This document shows, in pieces, positions 30,845 through 45,800 of a stretch of DNA of 64,000 nucleotides. Under the pieces are notes generated by a model that did not search any database, was not told the origin of the DNA, and saw only the letters and a list, made by a program, of their open reading frames with translations. The stretch's first letter is position 1; every line of letters begins with the position of its first letter. Source of the stretch: an uncultured Thermoleophilia bacterium. GTDB lineage: Bacteria > Actinomycetota > Thermoleophilia > UBA2241. The position numbers and the translations under genes were made by a program. Where the stretch lies: the NCBI GenBank assembly GCA_963739595.1, contig CAVUBA010000007.1:39899-103898 (forward strand), given 5' to 3'.

Positions 30845-32323
30845 CCGACGATCACCAAGCACCCCGACGGGCCGCTGCATCCCCGGGGTCGAGCTGGCGG
30901 GGCACCCACGGACGACGAACTCACACGCATCTGGGAAGAGGCGAAGAAGCACCTTCGCGGGCGCATCGCCGACTCCGCGTTCCAGTTCTGGTTCGACAGG
31001 ACCGTGCCCCTGGGCCTCGATGACGGCGCCTTCGTCATCGGCGTGCCCAACGACTTCGCCCGCGAGTGGATCGAGCGGCGGCTGGCGACACAGGTCGCCG
31101 AGGCGCTCGAGGAAGTCCTCGGCGACACCGTGGAGGTCCGCGTCGTGGTCGACGCGCGCGCGGCGGAGTCTGCCGATGAGAGCCGGCCGCTGAGCCGGCC
31201 GGCGGCGTCGAGCCTGCGGAGCAGGCCCCGCCGCCGCCCAAGCGCCGCGCCGGCCGCGGGAACTCCAACCGGCCGCCGCTCGACCGGCGACCTGAACCCG
31301 CGCTACGTCTTCGACCGCTTCGTCACGGGTCCCAACAACGAGTACGCCACCGCCGTCGCGCGCAGCGTCGCCGAGACCCCGGCCGGCGCCTACAACCCGG
31401 TGTTCATCTACGCCGACACCGGCCTCGGCAAGACGCACCTCACGCAGGCGATCGCGCACGCGGCGCTCGACCAGCACCCGGACCTCCAGGTCCGCTACGT
31501 CACCTGCGAGCGCTTCACGGACGACTTCATCAACGCGGTCACGGACAAGGGACGCATCGAGGGCTTCAAGCAGACCTACCGCGACAACGACGTGCTCATC
31601 GTCGACGACGTCCAGTTCCTCGCCGAGAAGCAGCAGACGCAGGTGGAGTTCTTCCACACGTTCAACGCGCTCTACGAGGCCGGCAAGCAGATCGTGATCA
31701 CCAGCGACCGGCCGCCGCGCGAGCTGGAGGAGCTCGAGGAGCGCCTGCGCTCGCGCTTCGGCCAGGGCGTCGTCGTCGACATCGGCCGGCCTGACCTCGA
31801 GACCCGCATCGCCATCTTGCGCAAGCAGGTCAAGTGGGAGGGCTACGACATCGCCGAGCCCGAGGCGCTCGAGTGGATCGCCCAGAAGGTGACGACCAAC
31901 ATCCGCGAACTGTACGGCGCCCTCACGCGCGTCGTCGGCTTCGCCTCGATCCGCGGCACCGATGTCACGCTCGAGATCACCAAGGAGGCGCTCAAGGACA
32001 TCGTCCCCAAGGCCTACCAGCACCCGGTGACCATCGAGATGGTCCAGGGCGAGGTCGCCCGCCAGTTCGGCATGCACGTCAACGACCTGCGCGGCAACCG
32101 GCGCACCCAGGACGTGGCCTACGCCCGCCACATCGCCATGTACCTCTCGCGCGAGCTCACCGAGGCTTCCCTGCCGCAGATCGGCACCCGCTTCGGCGGC
32201 CGCCACCACACGACCGTCATGCACGGCATCGAGAAGATCGACCGGCAACTCAAGGACGGTCACGACACCCAGTTGCAGGACCTCGTGGCGCTCATCGGCG
32301 CCCGCCTCAAGACCCCGCGCTGA
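30841..32323 (+). CDS. dnaA: Chromosomal replication initiator DnaA; non-canonical start likely
   Basis: Domain I (IWEEAKKHL..FQFWF..VPNDFAREW), YNPVFIY..GLGKTHL, DDVQFL, RLRSRF, FGGRHHTTVMH. Confidence 0.95.
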
Positions 32324-32329
32324 CCCCTC

Positions 32330-32570
32330 CACGACCCCTGTGGACGGCACTGTCGTCACCTGTGGACGATCCCCAAAAGAGCGTTGAAATCGGCTATGCT
32401 TCGCTGAACATCGGAGCCGTCGCGGGGAGGAGCGCCACGTTCTGCACACACCGTCCACAGCACTGTGCAGAAGCTCTCTCCCTCGCTGTGCAGCGACAAG
32501 ACCGTTTCTCCACATCGTCAACAGGGGCTGTGATGACGGCGAGGAGTATCTACTTCTCTTTTAATTCATA
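32330..32570. promoter_or_regulatory. oriC unwinding region between dnaA and dnaN
   Basis: DnaA-box-like TGTGGACGA 32361, TGTGCAGAA 32464, tandem TTCTCCACA/TCGTCAACA 32506-32523, then GGGGC, trio-like GAT-GAC-GGC-GAG-GAG-TAT and an AT-rich CTTCTCTTTTAATTCATAA. Confidence 0.8.
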
Positions 32571-32580
32571 AGGAGCCGGG

Positions 32581-33693
32581 ATGAAGTTCACGTGTGATCG
32601 CTCTGCGCTGGTCGACAAGCTTGGCGTCCTTGCGCGGGGCGTCTCCACGCGCAGCGCCCTCCCCGTGCTGTCGGGCATCCTCCTGCAGGCGGGAGAGGGT
32701 CGTCTCGACCTCTTCTCCACCGACATGGAACTCTCGATCAAGGCGAACCTGGCGACGCCGGTGGAGCGCGAGGGCGAGATCGTGGTGCCGGCGCGCCTCT
32801 TCAGCGACGTCGTCCGCAACCTTCCCGACGAGGAGGTGGTCATCGAGGCCGGCGAGGCGGCGGTCAAGGTGAGCGCCGGGCGCGCCGCGTTCTCGCTCAA
32901 CGCCTGGGCGGCGGCGGACTTCCCGCAGACGTCGACCTTCGACATGACCGGCGCCTTCACCGTCGGCCGGGAGCCGTTCGTCGAGACGCTCAACAAGGCG
33001 GGCCGCGCGGCTTCTCGCGACGAGACGCGGCCGATCCTCACCGGCGTCCTCATGACCATCATGGGCGACACCCTCAAGATGGTCGCCACCGACAGCTACC
33101 GGCTGGCCGTCAAGGAGACGAAGCTCGACCATTCGCTCGAGACCGAGGTCCAGGCCATCGTCCCGGTCAAGGCGCTCGGCGAGGTGACGCGCCTGGCCGC
33201 AGCTCTCGGCCACGGCGACATCGAGGTCGCCATCGGCGAGAACCAGGCCGTCTTCAAGCTCAGCGATCCGGCGGGTGACGTCTGGATCGCCTCGCGCCTC
33301 ATCGAGGGACAGTTCCCGAACTACAAGCAACTGCTGCCCGACACGTTCGAGCACGAGGTCACCATCGACCGCGGGCAACTCATGGCCACCGCGCGGCGCG
33401 TCAGCCTGCTCGCGCAGAAGAACGCGCCGCTGCGCCTGTCGTTCGCCGAGAACCACCTCACGATGAAGGCGCTGACGCAGGACGTCGGCCAGGCGGAGGA
33501 GACGCTGGACGTGGAGTTCTCCGGCGAGCCGTTCGAGATCGGCTTCAACCCCGGGTATCTCATCGAGGGCGTGGACGCCATCGACGACGCCGCGACGGTG
33601 CTGCGCTTCACCAGCCCGCTGCGTCCCGGCCTCATCTGCGGCCCGGGCGACGACTTCACGTATCTCATCATGCCGATCCGCCTGAGCAGCTGA
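32581..33693 (+). CDS. dnaN: DNA polymerase III beta sliding clamp
   Basis: STDMELSI, DETRPILTG, ATDSYRLA, RLIEGQFPNY, GFNPGYL, LIMPIR. Confidence 0.97.
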   Translation: MKFTCDRSALVDKLGVLARGVSTRSALPVLSGILLQAGEGRLDLFSTDMELSIKANLATPVEREGEIVVPARLFSDVVRNLPDEEVVIEAGEAAVKVSAGRAAFSLNAWAAADFPQTSTFDMTGAFTVGREPFVETLNKAGRAASRDETRPILTGVLMTIMGDTLKMVATDSYRLAVKETKLDHSLETEVQAIVPVKALGEVTRLAAALGHGDIEVAIGENQAVFKLSDPAGDVWIASRLIEGQFPNYKQLLPDTFEHEVTIDRGQLMATARRVSLLAQKNAPLRLSFAENHLTMKALTQDVGQAEETLDVEFSGEPFEIGFNPGYLIEGVDAIDDAATVLRFTSPLRPGLICGPGDDFTYLIMPIRLSS

Positions 33694-33723
33694 CCGCTGC
33701 TCCCTGACCGGGACCGTCGCGAC

Positions 33724-33939
33724 ATGGATGACGTCGCCGTCAACGGCCCATTGCCTCTCGGGGCGTTCCTGAAGCTCGCCGGGGTGGCCTCGACCGGTGG
33801 CCACGCCAAGATCATCGTGCAGTCAGGCGACGTCACCGTGAACGGCGAGGTCGAGACCAGACGTGGACGGACGCTCCAGGCCGGCGATGTCGTGGGCGTG
33901 GCCGGCCGGGAGTACCGCGTGTGGTCGTCTCCGGCCTGA
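33724..33939 (+). CDS. S4-domain RNA-binding protein (YaaA-like)
   Basis: LGAFLKLAGVASTGGHAK..V.VNGEVETRRGR.L..GD, located between dnaN and recF. Confidence 0.88.
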   Translation: MDDVAVNGPLPLGAFLKLAGVASTGGHAKIIVQSGDVTVNGEVETRRGRTLQAGDVVGVAGREYRVWSSPA

Positions 33940-35186
33940 GACTCGTCAACTTCCGTTCGTACTGCGACGCCGAGGTCGTCTTCGGACCGGGGCTCAACGT
34001 CGTGGTGGGCGAGAACGCCACCGGCAAGACGAACCTCCTGGAGGCGGCCTGGTTCGCGCTCCGTGGGAGCTCGCCGCGCACACGGCGCGACGAGAAGCTG
34101 ATCACCTGGGGCGAGCGCTTCGCCCGGGTGGAGCTGCAGCTGGACACACCGGATGCCGGCACGCAGCAGGTCGACGTGGGCTTCGCGCCGAGCCAGGGCA
34201 AGCGCGTCCGCTGGGGCGGCCTCGAGATGACGTCTCTGGACGACCTGCGCGGACGCAGCCAGGTGTTCATCTTCGTGCCCGAGAGCCTGCTGCTGGTCAA
34301 GGGGAGTCCGGCGCGGCGGCGCGCGCATCTCGACGCCTTCGCCGCCGCGCTCGACCCGCAGTACGCCGCCGCCGCACGCGAGCTGCAGGGCGTCCTGCGC
34401 CAGCGCAACGCCCAGCTCGGGGCCGTCAAGCACGGCGCCGATCCGGCCGCGCTCGACCCGTGGGACGCGCAGTTCGCCCGGGTCGCGGCCGAACTGGGGC
34501 GCCGCCGCCGCGACCTCGTCGCCGAGCTCGCGACCGGCTATGCGGAGACCGCCGCGGCCCTGGCGCCCTCCTCCGCGCGCTTCGCGCTCAAGCTGGTCGC
34601 GCAACTCGAGGGTGTGGGCTACGACGAGGCGGCCCTCCTGGACGAGTTGCGCGCGCGCCGGCCCGGAGAGGTCGGGCGCGGCCTGTCGCTCTTCGGACCG
34701 CACCGCGACGACCTCAAGTTCCTGGAGGTCGGGCCGGAGAAGGTGAAGACGCCGGCCCGGGATGGCGACGGCGACGGCGGAGCCGGGGAAGCTCCCGCGA
34801 CCGTCGTGACGCCCCTCATCCCGACGGTCTCCGGCGGCCCGGTGTGCGGCCCGGTGGAGTTGCCGCGCGGCGGCCGCGATCTGCGGCTCTTCGGCTCGCA
34901 GGGCGAACAGCGCGCCGCAGTGCTGGCGCTGCTCCTTGCGGAGCAGCGCCTCGCCGCGGCGCGCACAGGCCAGCAGGGACCACTCTTCCTCGATGACGTC
35001 ATGAGCGAACTGGACGACGCCCGGCGGCGCCTGCTGGTGCGCATGCTCGGGACGGCCGGGCAGGCGATCATCACGACGACCAACCGGCACTACTTCACCG
35101 ACGAGGAACTCTCGCGGGCGACGGTGGTGGAGCTTGCCGCTGGACGGCTCGCTCGCCGCGGGGGAGGCCGCGCCGCCGCCGGATGA
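33921..35186 (+). CDS. recF: DNA replication/repair protein RecF
   Basis: NFRSY, GENATGKTNLLEA, GSPARRR, GPHRDDL, GSQGEQR, LDDVMSELD. Confidence 0.95.
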   Translation: MVVSGLRLVNFRSYCDAEVVFGPGLNVVVGENATGKTNLLEAAWFALRGSSPRTRRDEKLITWGERFARVELQLDTPDAGTQQVDVGFAPSQGKRVRWGGLEMTSLDDLRGRSQVFIFVPESLLLVKGSPARRRAHLDAFAAALDPQYAAAARELQGVLRQRNAQLGAVKHGADPAALDPWDAQFARVAAELGRRRRDLVAELATGYAETAAALAPSSARFALKLVAQLEGVGYDEAALLDELRARRPGEVGRGLSLFGPHRDDLKFLEVGPEKVKTPARDGDGDGGAGEAPATVVTPLIPTVSGGPVCGPVELPRGGRDLRLFGSQGEQRAAVLALLLAEQRLAAARTGQQGPLFLDDVMSELDDARRRLLVRMLGTAGQAIITTTNRHYFTDEELSRATVVELAAGRLARRGGGRAAAG

Positions 35187-35222
35187 CGAGGCCCCGCCGG
35201 CCCCGCCGGAGCTCGACGCGCT

Positions 35223-35870
35223 GTGAGCGGCCCCGCCGACCAGAAGAGCGGCGGCGCGGACGGCGGCGGCAAGAAGCGCCGCCGACGCTCCAGCGCCGGC
35301 GGGAGCAGGGACGACCTCCCGCGCCGTCTCGGCGACATCATCACGCCGTCTCTCGACAAGCTCGCCGGGGGCGACGAGGCGCGCGCCTACGCCGCGTGGG
35401 CGCGCGCCGTGGGCGACCCGGTGAGCGGGGGCACGCGGCCCAAGGCCTTCCGCCGCGGGCAGCTCACCGTGGAGTGCGCCTCTTCCGTGTGGGCCAACGA
35501 GCTCACCTATCTCGGCCCACAGATCCTGAGGCGCATGGACGAGGTGGCGCCGGGGCACCCGGTCATGAAGTTCCGCTTCATCGTCGGCCGCTTGCCGGCG
35601 CCTCAGGACGCCGGCTTTGGAGGTCTCGGGCCGGGCGGCGGCGGTGGCCGGCAGGGAGGCGCCGAGGGGCCGCACGGGCAGGAATCGGAGCCCTCCGCGG
35701 CGAAGGAGAATCGTCGGCACGAACGGCCCGCACCGGACGCGCACGATGAGGCGCGGGCCCAGGCGGAGGGAGTCCAGGACGGACGACTCCGGGCGGCCAT
35801 CGAAGCCGCTCTGCGGCGGTCATCCGAGGAGCCTCCCGAGGCTCCCGGCGGCGGCACCCCAGCTGGTTGA
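35223..35870 (+). CDS. DciA (DUF721) family protein with low-complexity tail
   Basis: W..AVG....TRP....G.LTVECASSVWANELTY; canonical position between recF and gyrB. Confidence 0.8.
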   Translation: MSGPADQKSGGADGGGKKRRRRSSAGGSRDDLPRRLGDIITPSLDKLAGGDEARAYAAWARAVGDPVSGGTRPKAFRRGQLTVECASSVWANELTYLGPQILRRMDEVAPGHPVMKFRFIVGRLPAPQDAGFGGLGPGGGGGRQGGAEGPHGQESEPSAAKENRRHERPAPDAHDEARAQAEGVQDGRLRAAIEAALRRSSEEPPEAPGGGTPAG

Positions 35871-36000
35871 CGAAAACAGGCCGTTTGCTGGGGTTTTCGC
35901 AGTGGTCTCAGGGTCGCCCTGAGCCTCACGTTTTGATATACTCAGGCAGGCAGGTCCTGCCTGCCTCCTGCTACCCTGCCCAGCCCCTCGGCCACTGTGA

Positions 36001-40877
<4,877 letters not shown>

Positions 40878-41064
40878 CCATCGCCAGGCGGGTCAGCGTC
40901 GGGGCGGCGTGAGCTGCACCGACAGTGACCGCCGCAGCGGGCCAGCGTGCGGGGCGCCGTGAGGCGACCGCATACTGACCGTGCGCCCCGGCGCTCTTCT
41001 CTCTGGTCGGTGACGCGCGCTTCCGAGGATCCACGCGACGACACAGGGTCGCGCCAAGAGCCCG

Positions 41065-42238
41065 TCAGCTCGGGGATCGAAGGGTCCGGAGGGTCTCGAG
41101 CACCGCGTTCCTGTCGATTGTCGCGCTCGTCCCCGCCTCCGTGTTCGCGCCGAACAGCGGCGCGAGCGACGGCTCGTCGGTCAGAGCGCTGGCCGGCTCT
41201 CCGAGGTGCATCTCGCAGCACAGCACGAGGGCGGCGAGCTGGCTGACCGGCAACCGCGAGGCCGCCTGGTCACCTGCCGGGGTCGGCCAGCAGCTGCGAC
41301 ACGCTGCGCGACGAGGGCGGGCGTCAAGTCGAGCCCCGCGCCCTTGCGCGCGTACGTTTCGCAGGGAGGCCAGGGCGAGGGTGCCGACGAGCAGGTCCTC
41401 GCGCCGCCGCCTCTCGGCCTCCGGGTACTCGGCAGGAGAGATCCGCGCCGCGTACGACTCCGTCTGGAGGCGCGTGAGCACGCCCTTCTCGCCGGCGAGG
41501 TGGCGGCGGAGCACCGTCACTGGAGGCAACTCGGGCAGGCCCTTCTCGCCGAGCACGACGGTGCTGTCGACGGCGTCGAGGACGGCCGCCTCCAGGACGC
41601 CGATGACGTCGTCGTGAAGGATCGCATCCGTTTCCGCCAGGTCGAGGAAGCAGGTGACGGCCCACTCCCGGGCGGTCGCCCGCAGCACCTCCTCGGTCTG
41701 TTCGACCGAGATGGTCTGCTCGCCCAGGGAGATCGGCATGAGGATGTGTCCACTGGGGACAGGCTGGCGGTTCACCCGCGCGTCGCGCGTGTCGCGGACC
41801 TCCAGGCAGGCCTCCGCGCGCCGGCGCCAGGGCCCCTCGCCGGCGACCAGGGAAGCGACGTCGTCCTGGGACGCGGGTCCGATGGCGGCGACGGCCACGC
41901 TCCCAGTACCGCAGCGTGCCGGGGACGTCGTCCGCGAGCAGCGTGTCCGGAGACATGACCGCCGCGGTGACCCACTCGGAGGCGGGCGCGCCCATGGCCT
42001 TGAACGACGGCCCACGCGCCGCGGCGAGCGTCGTCGCTCGTCGGAGCGAGGCAGCGTCGCCGCGACGACGGCAGAGATCGTCTCTGGCCCAAAGGAAGCC
42101 AGCGCCGCCGCCGCGGCGGAGCGTCGCCGAGCGTCACCGTTGTGCAGTTCGTCGGCGAGGCCGTGCGAAGTCGCGCGCGGCCGTCAGCCGGGCGATCTCG
42201 TCCGCGATCCTCTCGTCGCTCCATTTGAACAGGCCCAT
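41065..42238 (-). CDS. Hypothetical protein (frameshifted)
   Basis: ATG 42238 after GGAGG (MGLFKWSDERIADEIARL). Coding-like segments in ORFs 41324..41995 and 41065..42015; no recognisable motif. Confidence 0.5.
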
Positions 42239-42304
42239 GGGTCCCTCCAGCGATGATTCTAGGAGACGCGGCGTCTCGGTGGCGAGGGGCCGGGCGCGGG
42301 AGCG

Positions 42305-43078
42305 TCAGGCGCGGCGGGCGCGGACGAGCACGCCGCCGAGCACGCCGGCCCGGACCATCTCGAGGATGCCGGCGTATTCCCTCGCGACGAAGTCGTACCA
42401 GTCGCGGCCGAACTCGCGCGTGATCTCGTGCCGCTTGTCGGCGATGCGCGCGCAGAGCCGCGCGTACCAGTGCACGAACTCCGGCTGGAGGTCGCGGATG
42501 GAGACGGCCGCCCAGCCGGCGGCCGTCAGGCGCTCCGGCAGCTCGCGCGGGCGGAGCGGATGCCACCAGCCCCAGCTGGGATCGCCCGCGGTGGCGCCTG
42601 CGAAGCGGCCGTGCGGGTCCGCGTACTCGAGCAGGCGGAGCTCGGCGCCGGGCGCAGCCAGCGCGCCGAGCTCACGGAAGACGGCCGTCTGGTCGGGCGC
42701 GGCGTAGATGGCCGTCATCGAGTAGATGAGGTCGAACGGGCCGGCCAGCGCCCGGCCGGCCTCCTGGAGGTCGCCCTCGACGACGGTCACCTCGGGGTGG
42801 CGCTCGCGGGCGAGCCGGGCGGTCGCGGCGTCGATCTCGACGCCGGTCACCGCCCCGAGCCCCCGAGCCTGCACCCAGGCGGCCGTGCCCGCGCCGCCGC
42901 AGCCCGCGTCGAGGACGCGGCGGCGCGGGTCGGGCCGCACCCCGGCGAAGAGCAGCTCGTTGGCCTCCTCTTCGCCGGGGTGCGCGTAGTCGGCGTCGCG
43001 GACCAGGGCGAGCACCCGCTTGCCCGTGGCGTTGTTCATCGCCGTCGGGCGGTCCGGCGGGTCCACGACGCTCGTCAT
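42305..43078 (-). CDS. Class I SAM-dependent methyltransferase
   Basis: VLDAGCGGAG motif I, TGVEID, FDLIYS. Last gene of the glycine-riboswitch operon. Confidence 0.85.
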   Translation of the reverse strand: MTSVVDPPDRPTAMNNATGKRVLALVRDADYAHPGEEEANELLFAGVRPDPRRRVLDAGCGGAGTAAWVQARGLGAVTGVEIDAATARLARERHPEVTVVEGDLQEAGRALAGPFDLIYSMTAIYAAPDQTAVFRELGALAAPGAELRLLEYADPHGRFAGATAGDPSWGWWHPLRPRELPERLTAAGWAAVSIRDLQPEFVHWYARLCARIADKRHEITREFGRDWYDFVAREYAGILEMVRAGVLGGVLVRARRA

Positions 43079-43091
43079 CCGCCGCTCCCTC

Positions 43092-45800
43092 TCAGATCAG
43101 GTCGTGCAGGCGCTGCAGCAAGGGGTCGAACTCAGGACCCTTGAAGCAGTAGCCCATCTCGGTGAACGGGCCGCGCAGCGACCGCACTTCGGCGGCGACG
43201 CCGCGGCCCTCGAGGATCACCGCGGCCATGAGCTGGGCGACCTGGGCGAACTGCTCCGGCCCCATGCCGAAGCGGGTCATCTCGGCGACGCCGAGGCGAA
43301 GCGCGCCGGCCGCGGTGAAGCCCTCCTCGTCGGGCGCCGCCTGGTAGTTGACGATGATGCCGCTGTCCTCGAGCCGGCCGGCGACCTCCGGACCTTGCCC
43401 GTAGCCCACGCGCACCACGACCTGGTGCGTCTCGGTGTACTGGACGTCCGGGTCTCCGGCGACGTCGAGCCCGGCGTCGTGCAGCGCAACGGCGAACGAC
43501 TTGGCGTTGGCGATCACGGCCTGCTGCCAGGCGTCCTTGAAGTGGTTCATCTCGAACGCCGCCATGAGCAGGCCGAGCAGCGTCCCCAGGTGGTGGTTGC
43601 TGACCGAGCCCGGGAACGTGCGACGCTCGATCGCCTCCCAGAGGTCGTACTTCTCGTCGTTCTTGGCCCAGCGCGCGGCGACGACGCCGCGCTGGGTGCC
43701 GAAGAACGTCTTGTGCGTGGAGCCCGTGACGATGTCCGCGCCTTCCACGAACGGCTCCTGGAAGTGCGGACCGGCCAGGCCGAGCACGTGCGCCATGTCG
43801 TACATGAGCACGGCGGGGATGTCCGCCGCGTCGAGGAACTGGCGCACCTCGTACACGGGCTCGGGGTGCAGCACCATGCTCTTGCCGAGGATGACGAGCT
43901 CCGGGCGCTCCTGCTCGAGTACGTCGAGGAGCGCCGCCAGGTCCGCCTTGTAGGGGTTCTCGCGCAGCACCGGGATGTCGACCACCGCCGGCAGTTCGGT
44001 GCGCGGGTCGCGGGCGACGTAGTCGCGCAGCGCGCCCATGGGCTGGGCGCTCAGATGCCCGCCCTTGCCGATGTGGTTGTTCACCACCTTGCCGATGCGT
44101 CGCGGCTCCGCCTTGCGGTCGGCCCGGTTGAGGTAGTCGACCAGCGCGCTGAAGACGGCGGTGTTGGCCATCTGCCCGCTGACGGTGCGCGTCTCGACCT
44201 CGGGGCAGCCGAGGTAGGCGCGGAACTCGCTCACCAGCAGCCGCTCGACTTCGTGGATGAAGGTCGTTCCCTGGTAGTAGAAGACGTCGGCGTCGTAGAA
44301 GGCCTCGGTCTTCTTGTGCTCGGCGTAGCGGCCCGAGGGGTCGGTGATGCTGAGCAGCCGCGCCGCCGGCGATGCGGTCATCTCGCTGGGGATCAGGTCG
44401 ATGCACTCCTGCTGGCGCCACTCGTGGTTGGCGATGGCCTTGCCGAGCAGGCGCAGCGCCTTCTCGCCGGCCTCGCCGCCCTGGAGCTCCGTGAGGTGGG
44501 GCACGTAGTCCCAGATGATGGCGCGGGCGCAGGGCGGCGCGTCGCTTCTCAGGTGGTGAGGCACGATGAGCCCGGGGATGCGGCGGCCGCGCACGTCGAT
44601 CTCGACCTCGTCGTCTTCGAGCACGCGGCTGTCGAGGTAGGCGAGCGCGATCGAGCGCAGCTGGTGCTCCTCGGTCTGCAGTGAGCAGAGGCCGGCCCCG
44701 TCGACGCCCCAGTAGGGGACGGCGGTGCCGCTGGTGACCCAGCCGAGAAGGGTCTCGCCGCCGAACCGGTCGGCGCCCGGCTCGGCGTGGACGGGCGCGC
44801 CCTCCCGGGCGATGCCGCGGCCGGTCACGGCCACCGGCCGTGTGAGCCGCGGCAGATCGTCCAGCAGCGAGTAGTCGCGCTGCAGGATGCGGGCATAGGC
44901 CTTCTGCTGCCGCTCCAGCGGATGGCGGCCGATGAAGTCGCCCTTGCGCGGCGAGAAGCTGACCGCGAACGTGGCCAGCGGGCAGCTGAAGATCGGGATC
45001 TCGTTGCCGTCGGGGTCGACGCCGAGCTCGTGGCCGTAGAGCGGCAGGCCCGCCTCCAGACGCAGGGTGTCGCGGGCGCCGAGGCCGACGGGCACGGCGC
45101 CGGCGCCGACCAGCGCGTCCCACAGGGCCGGCCCGTCGTGCGTCGCGACGAAGAGCTCGAACGCGACGGGCTCGCCCGTGTAGCCGGTGCGGGCGATGCG
45201 CGCCTCCACGAGGCGTCCGTCGCCCGGCAGCCGCAGCGTGGCGACGCTCAGCTCGTTGCGCAGCGGCTCCGGCAGGCCGCCGTCCTCGATGAGCCCGCCG
45301 AGGATGTCCCGGGACGCCTTTCCTTGCAGGGCCACCATGGCGATCTCGCCGGTCTCGTCGCTCATCTCCACGTCGGGGAAGTGCGCGAGGTGGTCGCGGA
45401 AGTGGTCCCAGTCCTTGTGCCGGTTGGAGGCGTTGACCACGAGGAGGTACTCGCCGTCGACGAAGCGGTAGAGGTAGGCGTCGTCGACTGCCCCGCCGGT
45501 CTCGGTGGGCACCATCGTGTACTGCGCCTGGAGCAGGTCGAGAGCCTCGGCGTTGTTGGTGAGGACGTGCTGCAGGAAGGCCGCCGAGCCGGGACCGCGC
45601 AGCACGAAGCGGCCCATGTGCGAGACGTCGAAGAGGCCGGCGCCGCTGCGGGTGGCGAGGTGCTCGGCGATGATGCCGCTCGGGTACTGGACCGGCATGT
45701 CCCAGCCGCCGAAGTCGACCATCCTGGCGCCGGCGGCGACGTGCTGCGCGTGGAAGGGCGTGCGGAGGAGCGGCGAGGTCGTGCCCGCGTCGCCGCTCAC
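43092..45800 (-). CDS. GcvT aminomethyltransferase fused to serine hydroxymethyltransferase
   Basis: GTG overlapping the upstream TGA. GcvT motifs RTPFH, FGGWDMPVQY, FDVSHMG, VNASN, RTGYTGE, GLGARDTLRLEAG run in frame into SHMT motifs LIPSE, SGQMAN, GGHLS, DMAHVLGL, STHKT, FPG..SNHH. Confidence 0.88.
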   Translation of the reverse strand: MSGDAGTTSPLLRTPFHAQHVAAGARMVDFGGWDMPVQYPSGIIAEHLATRSGAGLFDVSHMGRFVLRGPGSAAFLQHVLTNNAEALDLLQAQYTMVPTETGGAVDDAYLYRFVDGEYLLVVNASNRHKDWDHFRDHLAHFPDVEMSDETGEIAMVALQGKASRDILGGLIEDGGLPEPLRNELSVATLRLPGDGRLVEARIARTGYTGEPVAFELFVATHDGPALWDALVGAGAVPVGLGARDTLRLEAGLPLYGHELGVDPDGNEIPIFSCPLATFAVSFSPRKGDFIGRHPLERQQKAYARILQRDYSLLDDLPRLTRPVAVTGRGIAREGAPVHAEPGADRFGGETLLGWVTSGTAVPYWGVDGAGLCSLQTEEHQLRSIALAYLDSRVLEDDEVEIDVRGRRIPGLIVPHHLRSDAPPCARAIIWDYVPHLTELQGGEAGEKALRLLGKAIANHEWRQQECIDLIPSEMTASPAARLLSITDPSGRYAEHKKTEAFYDADVFYYQGTTFIHEVERLLVSEFRAYLGCPEVETRTVSGQMANTAVFSALVDYLNRADRKAEPRRIGKVVNNHIGKGGHLSAQPMGALRDYVARDPRTELPAVVDIPVLRENPYKADLAALLDVLEQERPELVILGKSMVLHPEPVYEVRQFLDAADIPAVLMYDMAHVLGLAGPHFQEPFVEGADIVTGSTHKTFFGTQRGVVAARWAKNDEKYDLWEAIERRTFPGSVSNHHLGTLLGLLMAAFEMNHFKDAWQQAVIANAKSFAVALHDAGLDVAGDPDVQYTETHQVVVRVGYGQGPEVAGRLEDSGIIVNYQAAPDEEGFTAAGALRLGVAEMTRFGMGPEQFAQVAQLMAAVILEGRGVAAEVRSLRGPFTEMGYCFKGPEFDPLLQRLHDLI

